Source: Deltaproteobacteria bacterium
GTDB lineage: Bacteria > Desulfobacterota > GWC2-55-46
DNA: 64,000 nt
Direction: 5' to 3'
Assembly: GCA_020846435.1 (NCBI GenBank)
Contig: JADLDY010000013.1
Span: 18,906-82,905, forward strand
Below the pieces are notes generated by a model. The model did no database searches and was not told where the DNA came from. It saw only the letters and a list, made by a program, of their open reading frames with translations. The translations under genes and the position numbers were made by a program. Of this stretch, positions 15,244 to 24,564 are shown one piece after another (the stretch's first letter is position 1; each line of letters starts with the position of its first letter).

Positions 15244-18200
15244 TCAGCGCACCTCCCTCCAGTAAGTTGGTATGCTCGATCCGCTCTGCTTGACGTCCGG
15301 CTTCACTATGGCGCCGCCAGAGCCGACAAGGGCAGTGAAACCCCTGGGGCTGACGACCGTCACTATGCCGGAGGCTATGCCAGAGCCTATGATGGTCGAG
15401 CGGTCGGTCGAGTCCTTGACGACAGTGCCGTCCGTGTCGTTCGACGAGTTGTAGTTGTAGGCCGGCCCGGCGGTCAGGTACTCCATGGCGTAGAGCCTCG
15501 AGGTGCCGCCTCCGGTCGAGCACATGCTCGCCGAGACGACCGGCGTGTATGTCGTGTAGTAGGCGACTCCGCCGAAGACCGCGGCCTGCGCGAGCACCTT
15601 CTCCTCGGTGTTGGTGTTGAGCTTGGCGTACCAGCCGTAAGTCGACGCTATGTTGACGGTAGAGGTGCTGGTCGCGTCAGAGAGGTTGGCCTCCGTCTTG
15701 GTAGTCGTCTGCCCGGCGTCCTTGACCGCGTAGAGCCTGTTGACCTCGGTCGCGGAAACAGGGTGGGCCCTGTCGCCGGTGCCGAAGAATACCAGCTCAT
15801 AGCCGACTTCGAGGGTTACAGCCGGCTTGTAGAACACCTTCCTGCCGGTCGAGGAATCGGCCCCGGGGTTTGACTGGAATATCTTCCTGACGGTCCAGGA
15901 CGAGGTGAGATTGCTGCCTATGTCGAACCTCCAGAGCCCTGCGCCCGTGTCGCCGGCGTAGAGCCTGTCGGCGTAACCATTGCCGTTCACGTCGAGCAGC
16001 GCTATCTGGGAGGCGAAAGACCTCGTCATCGTACCACTGTCAGCTATGGTGTGTCCCCAGATTTTGTGGCCGCTCGTGGTGAAGACCGGCACGCCGCTCG
16101 AAAGGGTCGCTATCTCGACCGCGTAGACGCCCCTTCCCTTTGTCGCGGTAGCGGCAGGCTCCGCGTCCTCGGCTACGTTGTCATAGCCCGCGCCGATGAA
16201 GGCCGCGACCTTTACGACGTTAGTGCCGCCGGAGTCGACATACACCTTGGCTATTACCGGCTCTGACCAGGTCTCTGCCAGCTCCGAGTAGTCGTCCGAA
16301 AAGGGGCTCTCAGTAGCGGAAATCCTCCAGAGGTACTGCGGGGCCGTCGGGTCGGTGACGTCGAGGGCGTAATAGAAGCCGCCGCCCCTTCTTTCGCCGA
16401 ACATCAAAATGACCTTGTCGCCGTCGGCAGTCTCTATGTTGCCGTCGTGGTCCGCGTCATAGACGTAGGTCGAAGGCGACGAGTCGACGTAGTAGCTGTG
16501 GGTCGTGCCGTGGCTGTGCTGGAGGTTGGGGAGCAGGTCCTGCGGCACGAACGCCCAGAGCTCGGAGCCGTCGCAGTCCTTGAAGGCGTGGAACATGCCG
16601 TCGTTGCTGCCGACATAGACTATCGACTTGTTGACGGCGCAGTCATCCTCGTCGGCCATTGTAAAGGTCGAATAGTTCACCACCGTCGGCTTGGAATGGA
16701 GGATATCTCCCAGAATCCAGTCCCTTTTCTCGGTCGTCAGGCCGTTGCCGTCCTCGTCGTAGGCATCCAGGCCGTGGACATAGTTTATGAGCTTGTCCTT
16801 CTCCGTGCTGTCAGCGACGCCGAGGGAAGCCGCCGTTATGGCGCCGTTGGCCGTCGTGAAGGCGTTGGTGGAGTTCGTGAGGGACAGGCTCGAACCGGTG
16901 TAGGTGTATATGTTCCTCGCGGTAGACCTCGTCAGAAGGAGCGCTCCTGCGCCTCCGGCCTCTACGTCGCTGCCGTCGGAGACAGTGCCCCAGTAGGAGA
17001 TCGCGTTGTCCTTTATGCTGCCGTCCGCGTTGGTCGCGGCGTTGGCGTTCTTGTCGAGGATGTTGCCGTTGACGTCAAGGCCGTACTTCTTGAGGTTGCC
17101 GCTCCAGAAGGCGTTGCTCTTGGGCTTGAAGAAGCCCATGTAGAGCCTGTCGCCTGTATAGGTGCGGTTCTCAGGGCTCACAGGGAGCACCGGGGCCACG
17201 AAAGAGGTGTCGTCTTCGACTATGGAAGAGATTATCTGGCGGAGCGATTCGCTCAGGCCTCCGGTAGACGCCGCCGAATAATAGACGCCGCCGCCGTTTG
17301 TTGCGGTCTCCTGCAAAAGGGCCTCGGCGTAGTCGACTCCGGACAGTCCGAAGCCGATGGTGTAGGTTATGACGTTCTGCTTGCCTATCGTCTTCTCATC
17401 TACGCCGTCGGTGAGGATGTCGGTGTCATAAATATACTTGGCGACGTCGTCGAGGTAGTCCGAGCCGTCGGAGCTGTAAACCTTGTCAGGGTCGCCGGCA
17501 GGCTCGAAGCCGTCAGCGTCGCAGTCGCCGCTGGAGCAGATGGAAGTCAGCACGGAGTTCCTGTCCTGGGTCGACATGCCGTCCGTGATGAGGATGACAT
17601 AGTTCTTCTGGCAGGCGTACTGTATAGGGGTCGTGTAAGTGTATGAGCCGTTGAAGGAGGTCTGAGCGCCCTTGTAGTACCTCATCGCCTCGAAGAGCGT
17701 CTCGGCAAGGGGCGTCCATGTGCCCGGCGTTATGTTGTTTACCGTATTCACATACGCGTCCCTGTTTGTGACCGTGCCGGAAAATACCGTATCCATGTCC
17801 TGGATGTAGGCGTCATAGTTGAGATAACCGTATGAGTCACCCACGCCTGCTATATGGCCGCCCTCGGTCGAGTTGAATATCATGAGGCCGAACCTCACGC
17901 CCGAGGTGCTGGTTATGAGGTCGCTAAGGACCTCCTTGGCCACTTCCATCTTCGAGCGGGAGCCGCCTCCGAGCCCGACCCAGTTTATGTAGTTGCCGAG
18001 GGCGAAGCTGCCGGATTTCCCTGAGCAGGCCCCACCTGTGTTGAGCTTGCCGTTGTAAGTGCCCGAGGTATTGAGTCCGTTGCTGGCCTTCGCGCAGGTC
18101 ACCGTGGATTTGTCGGCAATGTAGCTGACCCACGCGTTCTCACCGCTCTTCCACTTGTAGACCGCGTTCGGCGAGCACGCCGCGCCTGAGCAGCCGTTCG

Positions 18201-18453
18201 TAACGGTGTAGGTGGTCGAAGGGGTGTACGGGCCGCCGACTATGATCTCACCGTCCATGGAGCCCGAGTTGTCGAGGATGACGAGCACGTTGGGCTGTAT
18301 GGTGCCGGTAGAGACGCCGTAGATGACAGTGTCGCCCGGGTACTGGTCAAGGGCCGCCGCGTCGCGGGAAGAAACCGAGAGAGCGCAGAGCGCGGCCAGC
18401 AGGCCGACTGCAAGAGAGTTCACCTTAGTTCTTGGGGATGATTCTCGCGACAT
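15244..18453 (-). CDS. pilY1: Type IV pilus tip-associated adhesin PilY1 (N-terminal vWA domain, C-terminal PilY1/PilC beta-propeller).
   Basis: Signal peptide. vWA MIDAS motif VLVILDNSGSMDG. C-terminal propeller with a Ca-binding-like loop VYDADHDGNIETADGD. The ATG at 18453 has a GGAGG Shine-Dalgarno. Confidence 0.9.
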   Translation of the reverse strand: MSRESSPRTKVNSLAVGLLAALCALSVSSRDAAALDQYPGDTVIYGVSTGTIQPNVLVILDNSGSMDGEIIVGGPYTPSTTYTVTNGCSGAACSPNAVYKWKSGENAWVSYIADKSTVTCAKASNGLNTSGTYNGKLNTGGACSGKSGSFALGNYINWVGLGGGSRSKMEVAKEVLSDLITSTSGVRFGLMIFNSTEGGHIAGVGDSYGYLNYDAYIQDMDTVFSGTVTNRDAYVNTVNNITPGTWTPLAETLFEAMRYYKGAQTSFNGSYTYTTPIQYACQKNYVILITDGMSTQDRNSVLTSICSSGDCDADGFEPAGDPDKVYSSDGSDYLDDVAKYIYDTDILTDGVDEKTIGKQNVITYTIGFGLSGVDYAEALLQETATNGGGVYYSAASTGGLSESLRQIISSIVEDDTSFVAPVLPVSPENRTYTGDRLYMGFFKPKSNAFWSGNLKKYGLDVNGNILDKNANAATNADGSIKDNAISYWGTVSDGSDVEAGGAGALLLTRSTARNIYTYTGSSLSLTNSTNAFTTANGAITAASLGVADSTEKDKLINYVHGLDAYDEDGNGLTTEKRDWILGDILHSKPTVVNYSTFTMADEDDCAVNKSIVYVGSNDGMFHAFKDCDGSELWAFVPQDLLPNLQHSHGTTHSYYVDSSPSTYVYDADHDGNIETADGDKVILMFGERRGGGFYYALDVTDPTAPQYLWRISATESPFSDDYSELAETWSEPVIAKVYVDSGGTNVVKVAAFIGAGYDNVAEDAEPAATATKGRGVYAVEIATLSSGVPVFTTSGHKIWGHTIADSGTMTRSFASQIALLDVNGNGYADRLYAGDTGAGLWRFDIGSNLTSSWTVRKIFQSNPGADSSTGRKVFYKPAVTLEVGYELVFFGTGDRAHPVSATEVNRLYAVKDAGQTTTKTEANLSDATSTSTVNIASTYGWYAKLNTNTEEKVLAQAAVFGGVAYYTTYTPVVSASMCSTGGGTSRLYAMEYLTAGPAYNYNSSNDTDGTVVKDSTDRSTIIGSGIASGIVTVVSPRGFTALVGSGGAIVKPDVKQSGSSIPTYWREVR

Positions 18454-18874
18454 TTGTCTCTACCTCCGTCCTTGAGTTCACCGGACCGGTGCCGGTCGCT
18501 GCTATGGCGAAATAGTTCGCCTGGAATTCGGTCGCGTCCATGCCTGAGCCCCTGGGCGGGTTGCCGCTCGAGAGGTACGCCACAGTTCCGCTCGCGTCAG
18601 ACGTACCTGACTGCAGGCTTATACTGGTGAGCGGTATGTTCACCGACCCCGAGCCTATTACCGAGTAGATGTTGACGTCGCTCCTCGCGTACTCTATGGC
18701 GCGCTCGGCGGCGTAGAAAGCGTCCTGCTTCACGCGGTAGTTCCTTGACGCCTGCGACTCTGACGACGAGTTGGCGAACATCATGGTCCCGAGTATGCTC
18801 ATGAGAAGAAGGACTATTAGCGCCAGAACGAGGGCCATGCCCTTTTCATCGCGTATTATATTGGCTCTTTTCAT
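18425..18874 (-). CDS. pilX: Minor pilin PilX-like protein.
   Basis: MKRANIIRDEKGMALVLALIVLLLMSILG: PilX-type N-terminus; downstream of pilW. Confidence 0.75.
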   Translation of the reverse strand: MKRANIIRDEKGMALVLALIVLLLMSILGTMMFANSSSESQASRNYRVKQDAFYAAERAIEYARSDVNIYSVIGSGSVNIPLTSISLQSGTSDASGTVAYLSSGNPPRGSGMDATEFQANYFAIAATGTGPVNSRTEVETNVARIIPKN

Positions 18875-18886
18875 ACCCTGTCACCC

Positions 18887-19786
18887 TTACCTGTTGCGTA
18901 TCTTGGCTGAAACCGTCATCTCCCTTGTCTTGGCCGCCCCTGAGAGCCCGGCGGTCGCGGCTGTCTGGCCGCTGACAGTCACAAGGATGTCCCTCACGGC
19001 CGACAGGTCCGCAGGCGCGGCCGTCGTCGTGCCGTCGTCGAGCACGTAGCTCAATTGCATGTTCTGGATGTTGGTCGCGACGATCGAATTAGCGCTAGCG
19101 CTCCCGTTGACTATCCTCATCAGGCAACTCCCGGCCGGACACGCGACCGCTGAGGCGCACGAGGCGTCAGGCCCGAGACAGTACTGGACCGTGTTGGGGA
19201 AAGTGTCCGGGGCTGAGTCCCCGGTCTTGACGACGAGAAAGCCCCTCTTGAACTCGACCGCTCCGGCGTTGGCCGCAGGGGTCGCGGTTATGGTCGGGCC
19301 CGCGGCGTTCACCGAGTTGACAGTGAAGACCGTCGCGGCTGGCTCGCTCTTGTCACCGGTGTGTATTATCCGTATGGCGTCACCGGCGGTAAACAGGCTC
19401 ACGTCGCCCGCAAGCACCGTGAACGTCAGGGGGGTGCCTGAAGTGACGGCGGCGCTCAGGTCGGCGTCGAGCCTGGTCGCCACGGCGAAAGTCCCGGCCG
19501 CGTTGATCGTCATGGTGTCAGAGCTTCCGAGCCCCGTGTTGTTTCCGGCCGCGGCTACCGGGTTGGCGCCGTTGGTAAGCGCGAAACCGGCCATGCGTAT
19601 GTCCTTTGAGACGCTCTCGAGCGACATCCTGAGGTTCTGCTGCACGTCGACGACGTCGGCCTCGATGTGCGTTACCCTGTGCTGGCTGTTGTAGAGCGTG
19701 AAGATGCCCGCCGTAAGCACGCCGAGGATGGCCATCGCTATCACAAGCTCTATTATGGTGAAACCTTTATCGCGCGTGGCGTTCAT
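18887..19786 (-). CDS. pilW: Minor pilin PilW-like protein.
   Basis: DKG|FTIIELVIAMAILGVL class III signal; about 300 aa. Confidence 0.8.
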   Translation of the reverse strand: MNATRDKGFTIIELVIAMAILGVLTAGIFTLYNSQHRVTHIEADVVDVQQNLRMSLESVSKDIRMAGFALTNGANPVAAAGNNTGLGSSDTMTINAAGTFAVATRLDADLSAAVTSGTPLTFTVLAGDVSLFTAGDAIRIIHTGDKSEPAATVFTVNSVNAAGPTITATPAANAGAVEFKRGFLVVKTGDSAPDTFPNTVQYCLGPDASCASAVACPAGSCLMRIVNGSASANSIVATNIQNMQLSYVLDDGTTTAAPADLSAVRDILVTVSGQTAATAGLSGAAKTREMTVSAKIRNR

Positions 19787-19794
19787 ATCAATCC

Positions 19795-20205
19795 TCAGAT
19801 GGTCGACTTGAATGCGTTGAGCGTTACCGTCCTGCCGCCGCTCGTAATGCTTACCGACACGGTGGCGACCCCGGTGACCGGTGTGTTGGGGGTAACCGAG
19901 TAGGTGGCCGCATAGGTCCTGCCGTTCACCAGCCGGGTAGTCGCGGCGCTTGCCGGGTCAAGGTCGTAGGTTGCTCCGGCGACGGTCGAGGCAAAGACCG
20001 AGTCGTCTCCGTCGCGGGACGTCAGCTCCTCCATGACAAGGGAGCCTATCGAACCCTCGACCGCGACCATGTGCGCGAACCTGTCAGAGCCGATGCCCGA
20101 AGACATCATGCTCGCGAGCCCCAGGAGCCCGATGGTCAGTATCGTCATCGCGATGAGGAGCTCGAGGAGCGTGAAACCTTTCTGGTTTTTCATCATGTTT
20201 GACAT
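19795..20205 (-). CDS. pilV: Minor pilin PilV-like protein.
   Basis: KNQKG|FTLLELLIAMTIL; about 136 aa; first gene of the operon. Confidence 0.8.
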   Translation of the reverse strand: MSNMMKNQKGFTLLELLIAMTILTIGLLGLASMMSSGIGSDRFAHMVAVEGSIGSLVMEELTSRDGDDSVFASTVAGATYDLDPASAATTRLVNGRTYAATYSVTPNTPVTGVATVSVSITSGGRTVTLNAFKSTI

Positions 20206-20343
20206 TGTTTTAATTTAGTCCCGCCTGTTTTCAAACTAAATGACCGGAGTCACAACAGAGGCCAAAGGCCGCTTTCCGGCAAATTCCTGCTGTTTTCCGC
20301 AAGGCGCGCCCTCTCATGCGAACACCTATGGGATAATGTTGTC

Positions 20344-20358
20344 GCAATTACTGTGCCA
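20344..20358 (-). promoter_or_regulatory. Sigma-54 (RpoN) -24/-12 promoter driving the pilV-pilW-pilX-pilY1 operon.
   Basis: Minus strand reads TGGCAC-agtaa-TTGC, a perfect consensus with 5-nt spacing, about 135 nt upstream of the pilV ATG. The AT-rich tract 20360..20400 could be an IHF bend site. Confidence 0.8.
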
Positions 20359-20423
20359 GAAGCTAAGTTGTTGAATTATTTAGGATTGGAAAATGGAGGG
20401 TGTCAGAAAACTACGCATTTATT

Positions 20424-21758
20424 TCATAGTCCGTAACTTTTTATCTTGTACAGGAGCGCCCTGTGGCTTATCTCAAGGAGCTGGGCGGCCTTTGTCCTGT
20501 TGTTGCCGGTCTTCTCGAGAGCCCTCGCGATGAGCTCCTTTTCTAGCTCCTCCTCGGCCCTTTTTATGGAGAGCCCCTGGAAGGGCTCATGGACGCCGGA
20601 GAGGGTGATGGGCAAAGAGACATCCCTTATGGTGGAGGTCTCCTCGAGTATCATCGCCCGTTCGATGACGTTCTCAAGCTCCCTCACGTTGCCGGGCCAG
20701 GAGTATGAAACAAGGGCCTCCATCGCCTCTTTCGAGACGGCCTTCACGGATTTTCCGAAACGCCGTCCGTACTTCTCGACGAAGTGAGAGGCCAGCTCAG
20801 GTATGTCGCCGGGCCTTGAGCGCAAAGGAGGTAGCTTCAACTCTATGACATTGAGCCTGTAATAGAGGTCGTCCCGGAACGAGCCCTTTTTTATCTCTTC
20901 TTTGAGGTCGCGCAGGGTCGCGGCGACTACCCTGACGTCGACTTTCACGGCCCTGGTGTCCCCCACTCTCCTCAACTCGCCTTCCTGAAGGACGCGCAGG
21001 AGCTTTACCTGCAGTTCGAGGGGCAGTTCTCCGATCTCGTCGAGGAAGAGAGTCCCGCCGTCAGCCTCCTGGAAGAGGCCGTTCTTGTTCCTGTGCGCGT
21101 CTGTGAAGGCCCCTTTCACATGGCCGAAGAGCTCGCTTTCAAGGAGAGCCGCCGGTATTGCCCCGCAGTTGACGACGACAAAGGGCCTGCCAGCCCTCTC
21201 GCCGCTCGAGTGTATGGCCCTGGCGATGAGCTCCTTGCCGGTCCCGCTCTCGCCTGTTATGAGGATAGAGGTCGAGTAACCGGCGACCTTTCTCACCATC
21301 TCGAGCACTCCGAGCATCCCTGGGTCTGTTGTGTGTATGTTCGAGATGTCGTAGTCTTTTTCGACCTCGTCCCTCAATCTGAGGTTCTCTCTCCTAAGCC
21401 TCTCCCTTTCCTCGGCCTTCTTCAGGGTAAGGACTATCTCGGCGGTCTTGAACGGCTTTGAGACGTAGTCGTACGCGCCGAGCTTCATGCACTCTATGGC
21501 GTTGTCGACGGTGCCGTAGGCGCTCATCATTATGACGGTCCTTTGCTCAAGGCGCTCCCTGAGCGCCTTGAGAAAGCCCATGCCGTCCATACCCGGCATC
21601 CTTATGTCGCAGAGTATGAAGTCAGGGTCCTCGGCGTCGAGGGACGAGAGGGCGCGCCTCGCGTCGTCGAACGAGACGGTCTCGTAGCCCTCGCTTTTGA
21701 GCATCACCGAGAGCATGTGGCGCATCGACTCTTCGTCGTCTATTATGAGTATCCTCAA
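20424..21758 (-). CDS. pilR: Sigma-54-dependent response regulator, NtrC family (PilR-like by context).
   Basis: REC domain (DIRMPGMDG). AAA+ sigma-54 activator domain (GESGTGKELIARAIH, GAFTDA). C-terminal Fis-type HTH. Confidence 0.85.
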   Translation of the reverse strand: MRILIIDDEESMRHMLSVMLKSEGYETVSFDDARRALSSLDAEDPDFILCDIRMPGMDGMGFLKALRERLEQRTVIMMSAYGTVDNAIECMKLGAYDYVSKPFKTAEIVLTLKKAEERERLRRENLRLRDEVEKDYDISNIHTTDPGMLGVLEMVRKVAGYSTSILITGESGTGKELIARAIHSSGERAGRPFVVVNCGAIPAALLESELFGHVKGAFTDAHRNKNGLFQEADGGTLFLDEIGELPLELQVKLLRVLQEGELRRVGDTRAVKVDVRVVAATLRDLKEEIKKGSFRDDLYYRLNVIELKLPPLRSRPGDIPELASHFVEKYGRRFGKSVKAVSKEAMEALVSYSWPGNVRELENVIERAMILEETSTIRDVSLPITLSGVHEPFQGLSIKRAEEELEKELIARALEKTGNNRTKAAQLLEISHRALLYKIKSYGL

Positions 21759-23266
21759 GCTCTCTCTTCTCCTGTCGGGAGCGCGACCGTGAACTCGGCC
21801 CCGCCTTCAACGCTCCTGAAGGTTATCTCCCCGCCGCAGGCCTTTATTATCGACTGCGAGACAAAGAGGCCGAGCCCCGTGCCCTTGCCGACTTCCTTGG
21901 TGGTGAAGAACGGGTCGAATATCCTTGCCGCGTCAAGCGGCGCGACTCCGGCGCCCGTATCTTTTATCCTCACGAGCGCGTATCCTCTTTCGCCGTGCTT
22001 CATCTCCATCGGCTGGTCGCTCTTTCTTCTGCCGAACTTCAACTGCGCGGGCCTCGTCTCAAAGTGCGTCGAGACCGTTATCGCTTTTTTTTCCATGCCT
22101 TCCATGGCCTGAGCGGCGTTGATGAGGAGGTTCGAGAAGACCTGCCTCAGCTTGCCCTCGTCAGCCATCACCTGAGGCACCTCGCCGGAAAGGACGGATA
22201 CGTCGACCCCGCTGAAGTCGCCGCGCACCGAGAGGGCGTCTATTGTCTCGGCCAGAAGGGCGTTCAGGTCGACTGGAGAAGCCGCCTTCCTTGCGGGCCG
22301 CGCCACCTCTAAAAAGTCCCTTACAATGGAATCTATCCGGTCGGTCTCGCGCCCGGCGCGCGCTATGATATCCTTGAACTCTGCCGGATCGAGAGAGCCC
22401 TTCGAGAGTATCTCCATGTAGCCGTTCAGGGCCCCGAGCGGGTTGCCAATTTCGTGCGCTATGCCCGCGGCGAGCCTGCCGACAGCGGCGAGGGTCGAGC
22501 TCCGAAGAAGCTCTTCTTGCATGGTGGTAAGCTCGAGGTTCACCCTCTCGAGGCTCTTTATCTCGTCTTCCAGCCTTTCGGCCATGCTGTTGAAAGACGT
22601 CGCGAGGCTTCCGACCTCGTTGTCGACGGCCACGTCAGCCCTGTCGAAGAGCTTGCCCCCGGCTATGCTCTTCGCCGATTCCTCGAGCTTCTTTAACGGC
22701 TGGAGTATCGAGCGGGAAAGGAAGTAGACGCCGAAGGCGATTATGACGATGGAGTCGATGATTGCGTACAGGGCGAGAAACTTCCTTACTGAGCCCATGT
22801 CCTCGTTCACTTCATCGAGGCCCAGGACGAACTCCACCCGGCCAGCGCCAGGGACTGAAGCGGAAACCCGCATGAAATCCCCTATGCCGGTCATGAAGCC
22901 GCCGCCGTACATGTAGGCTTCCATCCCGCCTGCGTCGTATATGAGCTCGCCCATGCCTGAGGGCATCCTGCCGGCCGCAACAAGCGGACTGCCGTCAGGG
23001 GCGGAGAGCCTGAAGTCCGATATCCCTGCCTCTTTCGCTATCGCCTCGGCGAAGCGGACACCCCAGGCCTGCCCGCCGCCGGCTGCCGGGTTGAAGGAGG
23101 CTCTCACGAAGCCGACCGTGTCCTCGGCCTGGCTTATCTTCCACAGGAGGGCGCTCCTCTCGACTATCTTGATGCTCATGAAGCCGACGAGACCTATCCC
23201 GGCGATGGTCATGATGACTATCCCGGCGATAAGCTGGAACCTTATGCCCTGCCCTTTGCGCTTCAT
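21755..23266 (-). CDS. Sensor histidine kinase (PilS-like role inferred from its pairing with pilR).
   Basis: Two TM helices around a periplasmic segment. HAMP-like linker. H-box AHEIGNPLGAL. HATPase_c N/G boxes. Confidence 0.85.
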   Translation of the reverse strand: MKRKGQGIRFQLIAGIVIMTIAGIGLVGFMSIKIVERSALLWKISQAEDTVGFVRASFNPAAGGGQAWGVRFAEAIAKEAGISDFRLSAPDGSPLVAAGRMPSGMGELIYDAGGMEAYMYGGGFMTGIGDFMRVSASVPGAGRVEFVLGLDEVNEDMGSVRKFLALYAIIDSIVIIAFGVYFLSRSILQPLKKLEESAKSIAGGKLFDRADVAVDNEVGSLATSFNSMAERLEDEIKSLERVNLELTTMQEELLRSSTLAAVGRLAAGIAHEIGNPLGALNGYMEILSKGSLDPAEFKDIIARAGRETDRIDSIVRDFLEVARPARKAASPVDLNALLAETIDALSVRGDFSGVDVSVLSGEVPQVMADEGKLRQVFSNLLINAAQAMEGMEKKAITVSTHFETRPAQLKFGRRKSDQPMEMKHGERGYALVRIKDTGAGVAPLDAARIFDPFFTTKEVGKGTGLGLFVSQSIIKACGGEITFRSVEGGAEFTVALPTGEERA

Positions 23267-23267
23267 A

Positions 23268-24053
23268 TCAGTACCCTGACGCCCGCGTTATGTACCAGCC
23301 GATCATGCTTTCGCCGAAGAAGAGATGGATGAGCGCGCCGAGCGCGAGGAACGGGCCGAAAGGTATGGCGTGCTTCGTGCCCTTGCCGAACACGTAGATG
23401 AGTACCACGCCGGTAATAGCCCCGGCGAACGAGCTAAGGAGCACCGTGAGGAGGACCCCCTTCCAGCCGAGGAACGCCCCTATCATGGCAAGGAGCTTTA
23501 TGTCGCCTCCTCCCATGCCGTCCTGGCCGGTGGCAAGCTGGTAGCCTGTCGCTACCAGATAAAGAAGGCCGCCTCCGGCAGCGATCCCGATGAGAGAGTC
23601 CTGCACGGTCAGCCCCGAGAGCGCGAACGAAGCGGCAAAGCCCAGGACTATGCCAGGAAGGCTGATCACATCCGGGATTATCTGGAGGTCAAGGTCTATG
23701 AAGGTTATGACTATGAGGGCGCATATGAAGGCGAAGTATATGAGAGTGTCGACAGTGGGGCCGAACTTCAGAAAGGTAAAGACCGCCATGAGGCCGGCCG
23801 CCGCCTCGACAAGCGGGTACCTCGCTGAAAAAGGGGCCTTGCATGAATGGCACCTGCCCCTGAGGACTATGTAGCTCAGGACAGGGACGTTGAGATAGAA
23901 CGGAATGCGGGCCGAGCAATTGGGACAGCTCGACGGAGGGCTTACTACAGACAGGCCGAGCGGTATCCTGTATATGCAGACATTCAGGAAGCTTCCGACA
24001 ACGGCCCCGAAGACAAAAGGCAGTATTGAAAGGATGATCGTCTCTGGCATCAA
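23268..24053 (-). CDS. pilD: Prepilin peptidase / N-methyltransferase (A24 family).
   Basis: N-terminal Cys tetrad (CPNC...CHSC) and polytopic membrane A24 peptidase core with the catalytic Asp regions. Confidence 0.9.
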   Translation of the reverse strand: MMPETIILSILPFVFGAVVGSFLNVCIYRIPLGLSVVSPPSSCPNCSARIPFYLNVPVLSYIVLRGRCHSCKAPFSARYPLVEAAAGLMAVFTFLKFGPTVDTLIYFAFICALIVITFIDLDLQIIPDVISLPGIVLGFAASFALSGLTVQDSLIGIAAGGGLLYLVATGYQLATGQDGMGGGDIKLLAMIGAFLGWKGVLLTVLLSSFAGAITGVVLIYVFGKGTKHAIPFGPFLALGALIHLFFGESMIGWYITRASGY

Positions 24054-24128
24054 TCAGACAACCCGGCCGCGGCCGGCTGATCAACCTGAGTGTTGCGGCC
24101 GGAGGCGGCTCTCCTTGAGCGGCCTTTG

Positions 24129-24554
24129 TTAAAGGCTCTCTGGAAGATAGCCCTTCCTCCTCTTTTCGATGACTTCGAGTATGTCGGCGGCCTGCCTGAC
24201 GGCCTCGACCGCGTCCCTGTCCGATATCACCTCGGCGGGAACTCCGCCCGGAAGGGCGTCGGGGAAACGGGAGGTCTTGTAGTAGATGTCGAGGCGTCTC
24301 GAAGACGATACAAACGATTTGAAGCCTTCCTCGTAGACGAGCGCCCTGTCGAGGAGGTCGACGACGGAACGCGTCTCCCTCGCGTCCTCCTTGCACAGGA
24401 ACAGGAAAGCTCTCAGCGATTTGGTTGCGGACTGCTGAGCCCAGAAAGTGGCATGGGCGAAAAACCCGCCCTGGACGCACCACTCGGCGGCCTTGAGGTC
24501 ATATTCGGCCTGTCTGAGCCATCTTTCAGCCTCTTTCCAGAACAAATCCATTGA
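24129..24554 (-). CDS. HEPN domain protein (orphan; no adjacent nucleotidyltransferase).
   Basis: ERWLRQAEYDLKAAEWCVQGGFFAHATFWAQQSATKSLRAFL matches the HEPN helix pattern. The probable start is MDLFWKEAERW at 24554; the ORF track starts at 24632. Confidence 0.6.
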   Translation of the reverse strand, partial: SMDLFWKEAERWLRQAEYDLKAAEWCVQGGFFAHATFWAQQSATKSLRAFLFLCKEDARETRSVVDLLDRALVYEEGFKSFVSSSRRLDIYYKTSRFPDALPGGVPAEVISDRDAVEAVRQAADILEVIEKRRKGYLPESL

Positions 24555-24564
24555 GCCTCCTTTT

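Noticed and set aside
16447-17646. 399-aa plus-strand ORF inside pilY1.
   Set aside because: It is antisense to PilY1; it has Arg/Val/Gly-rich, low-complexity composition typical of GC-rich antisense frames.
20206-20423. Looked for a tRNA or small RNA gene in the 218-bp pilV upstream spacer and in the 13245..13520 spacer.
   Set aside because: No cloverleaf-compatible stems or conserved T-loop/anticodon features; both are better explained as promoter or UTR regions.
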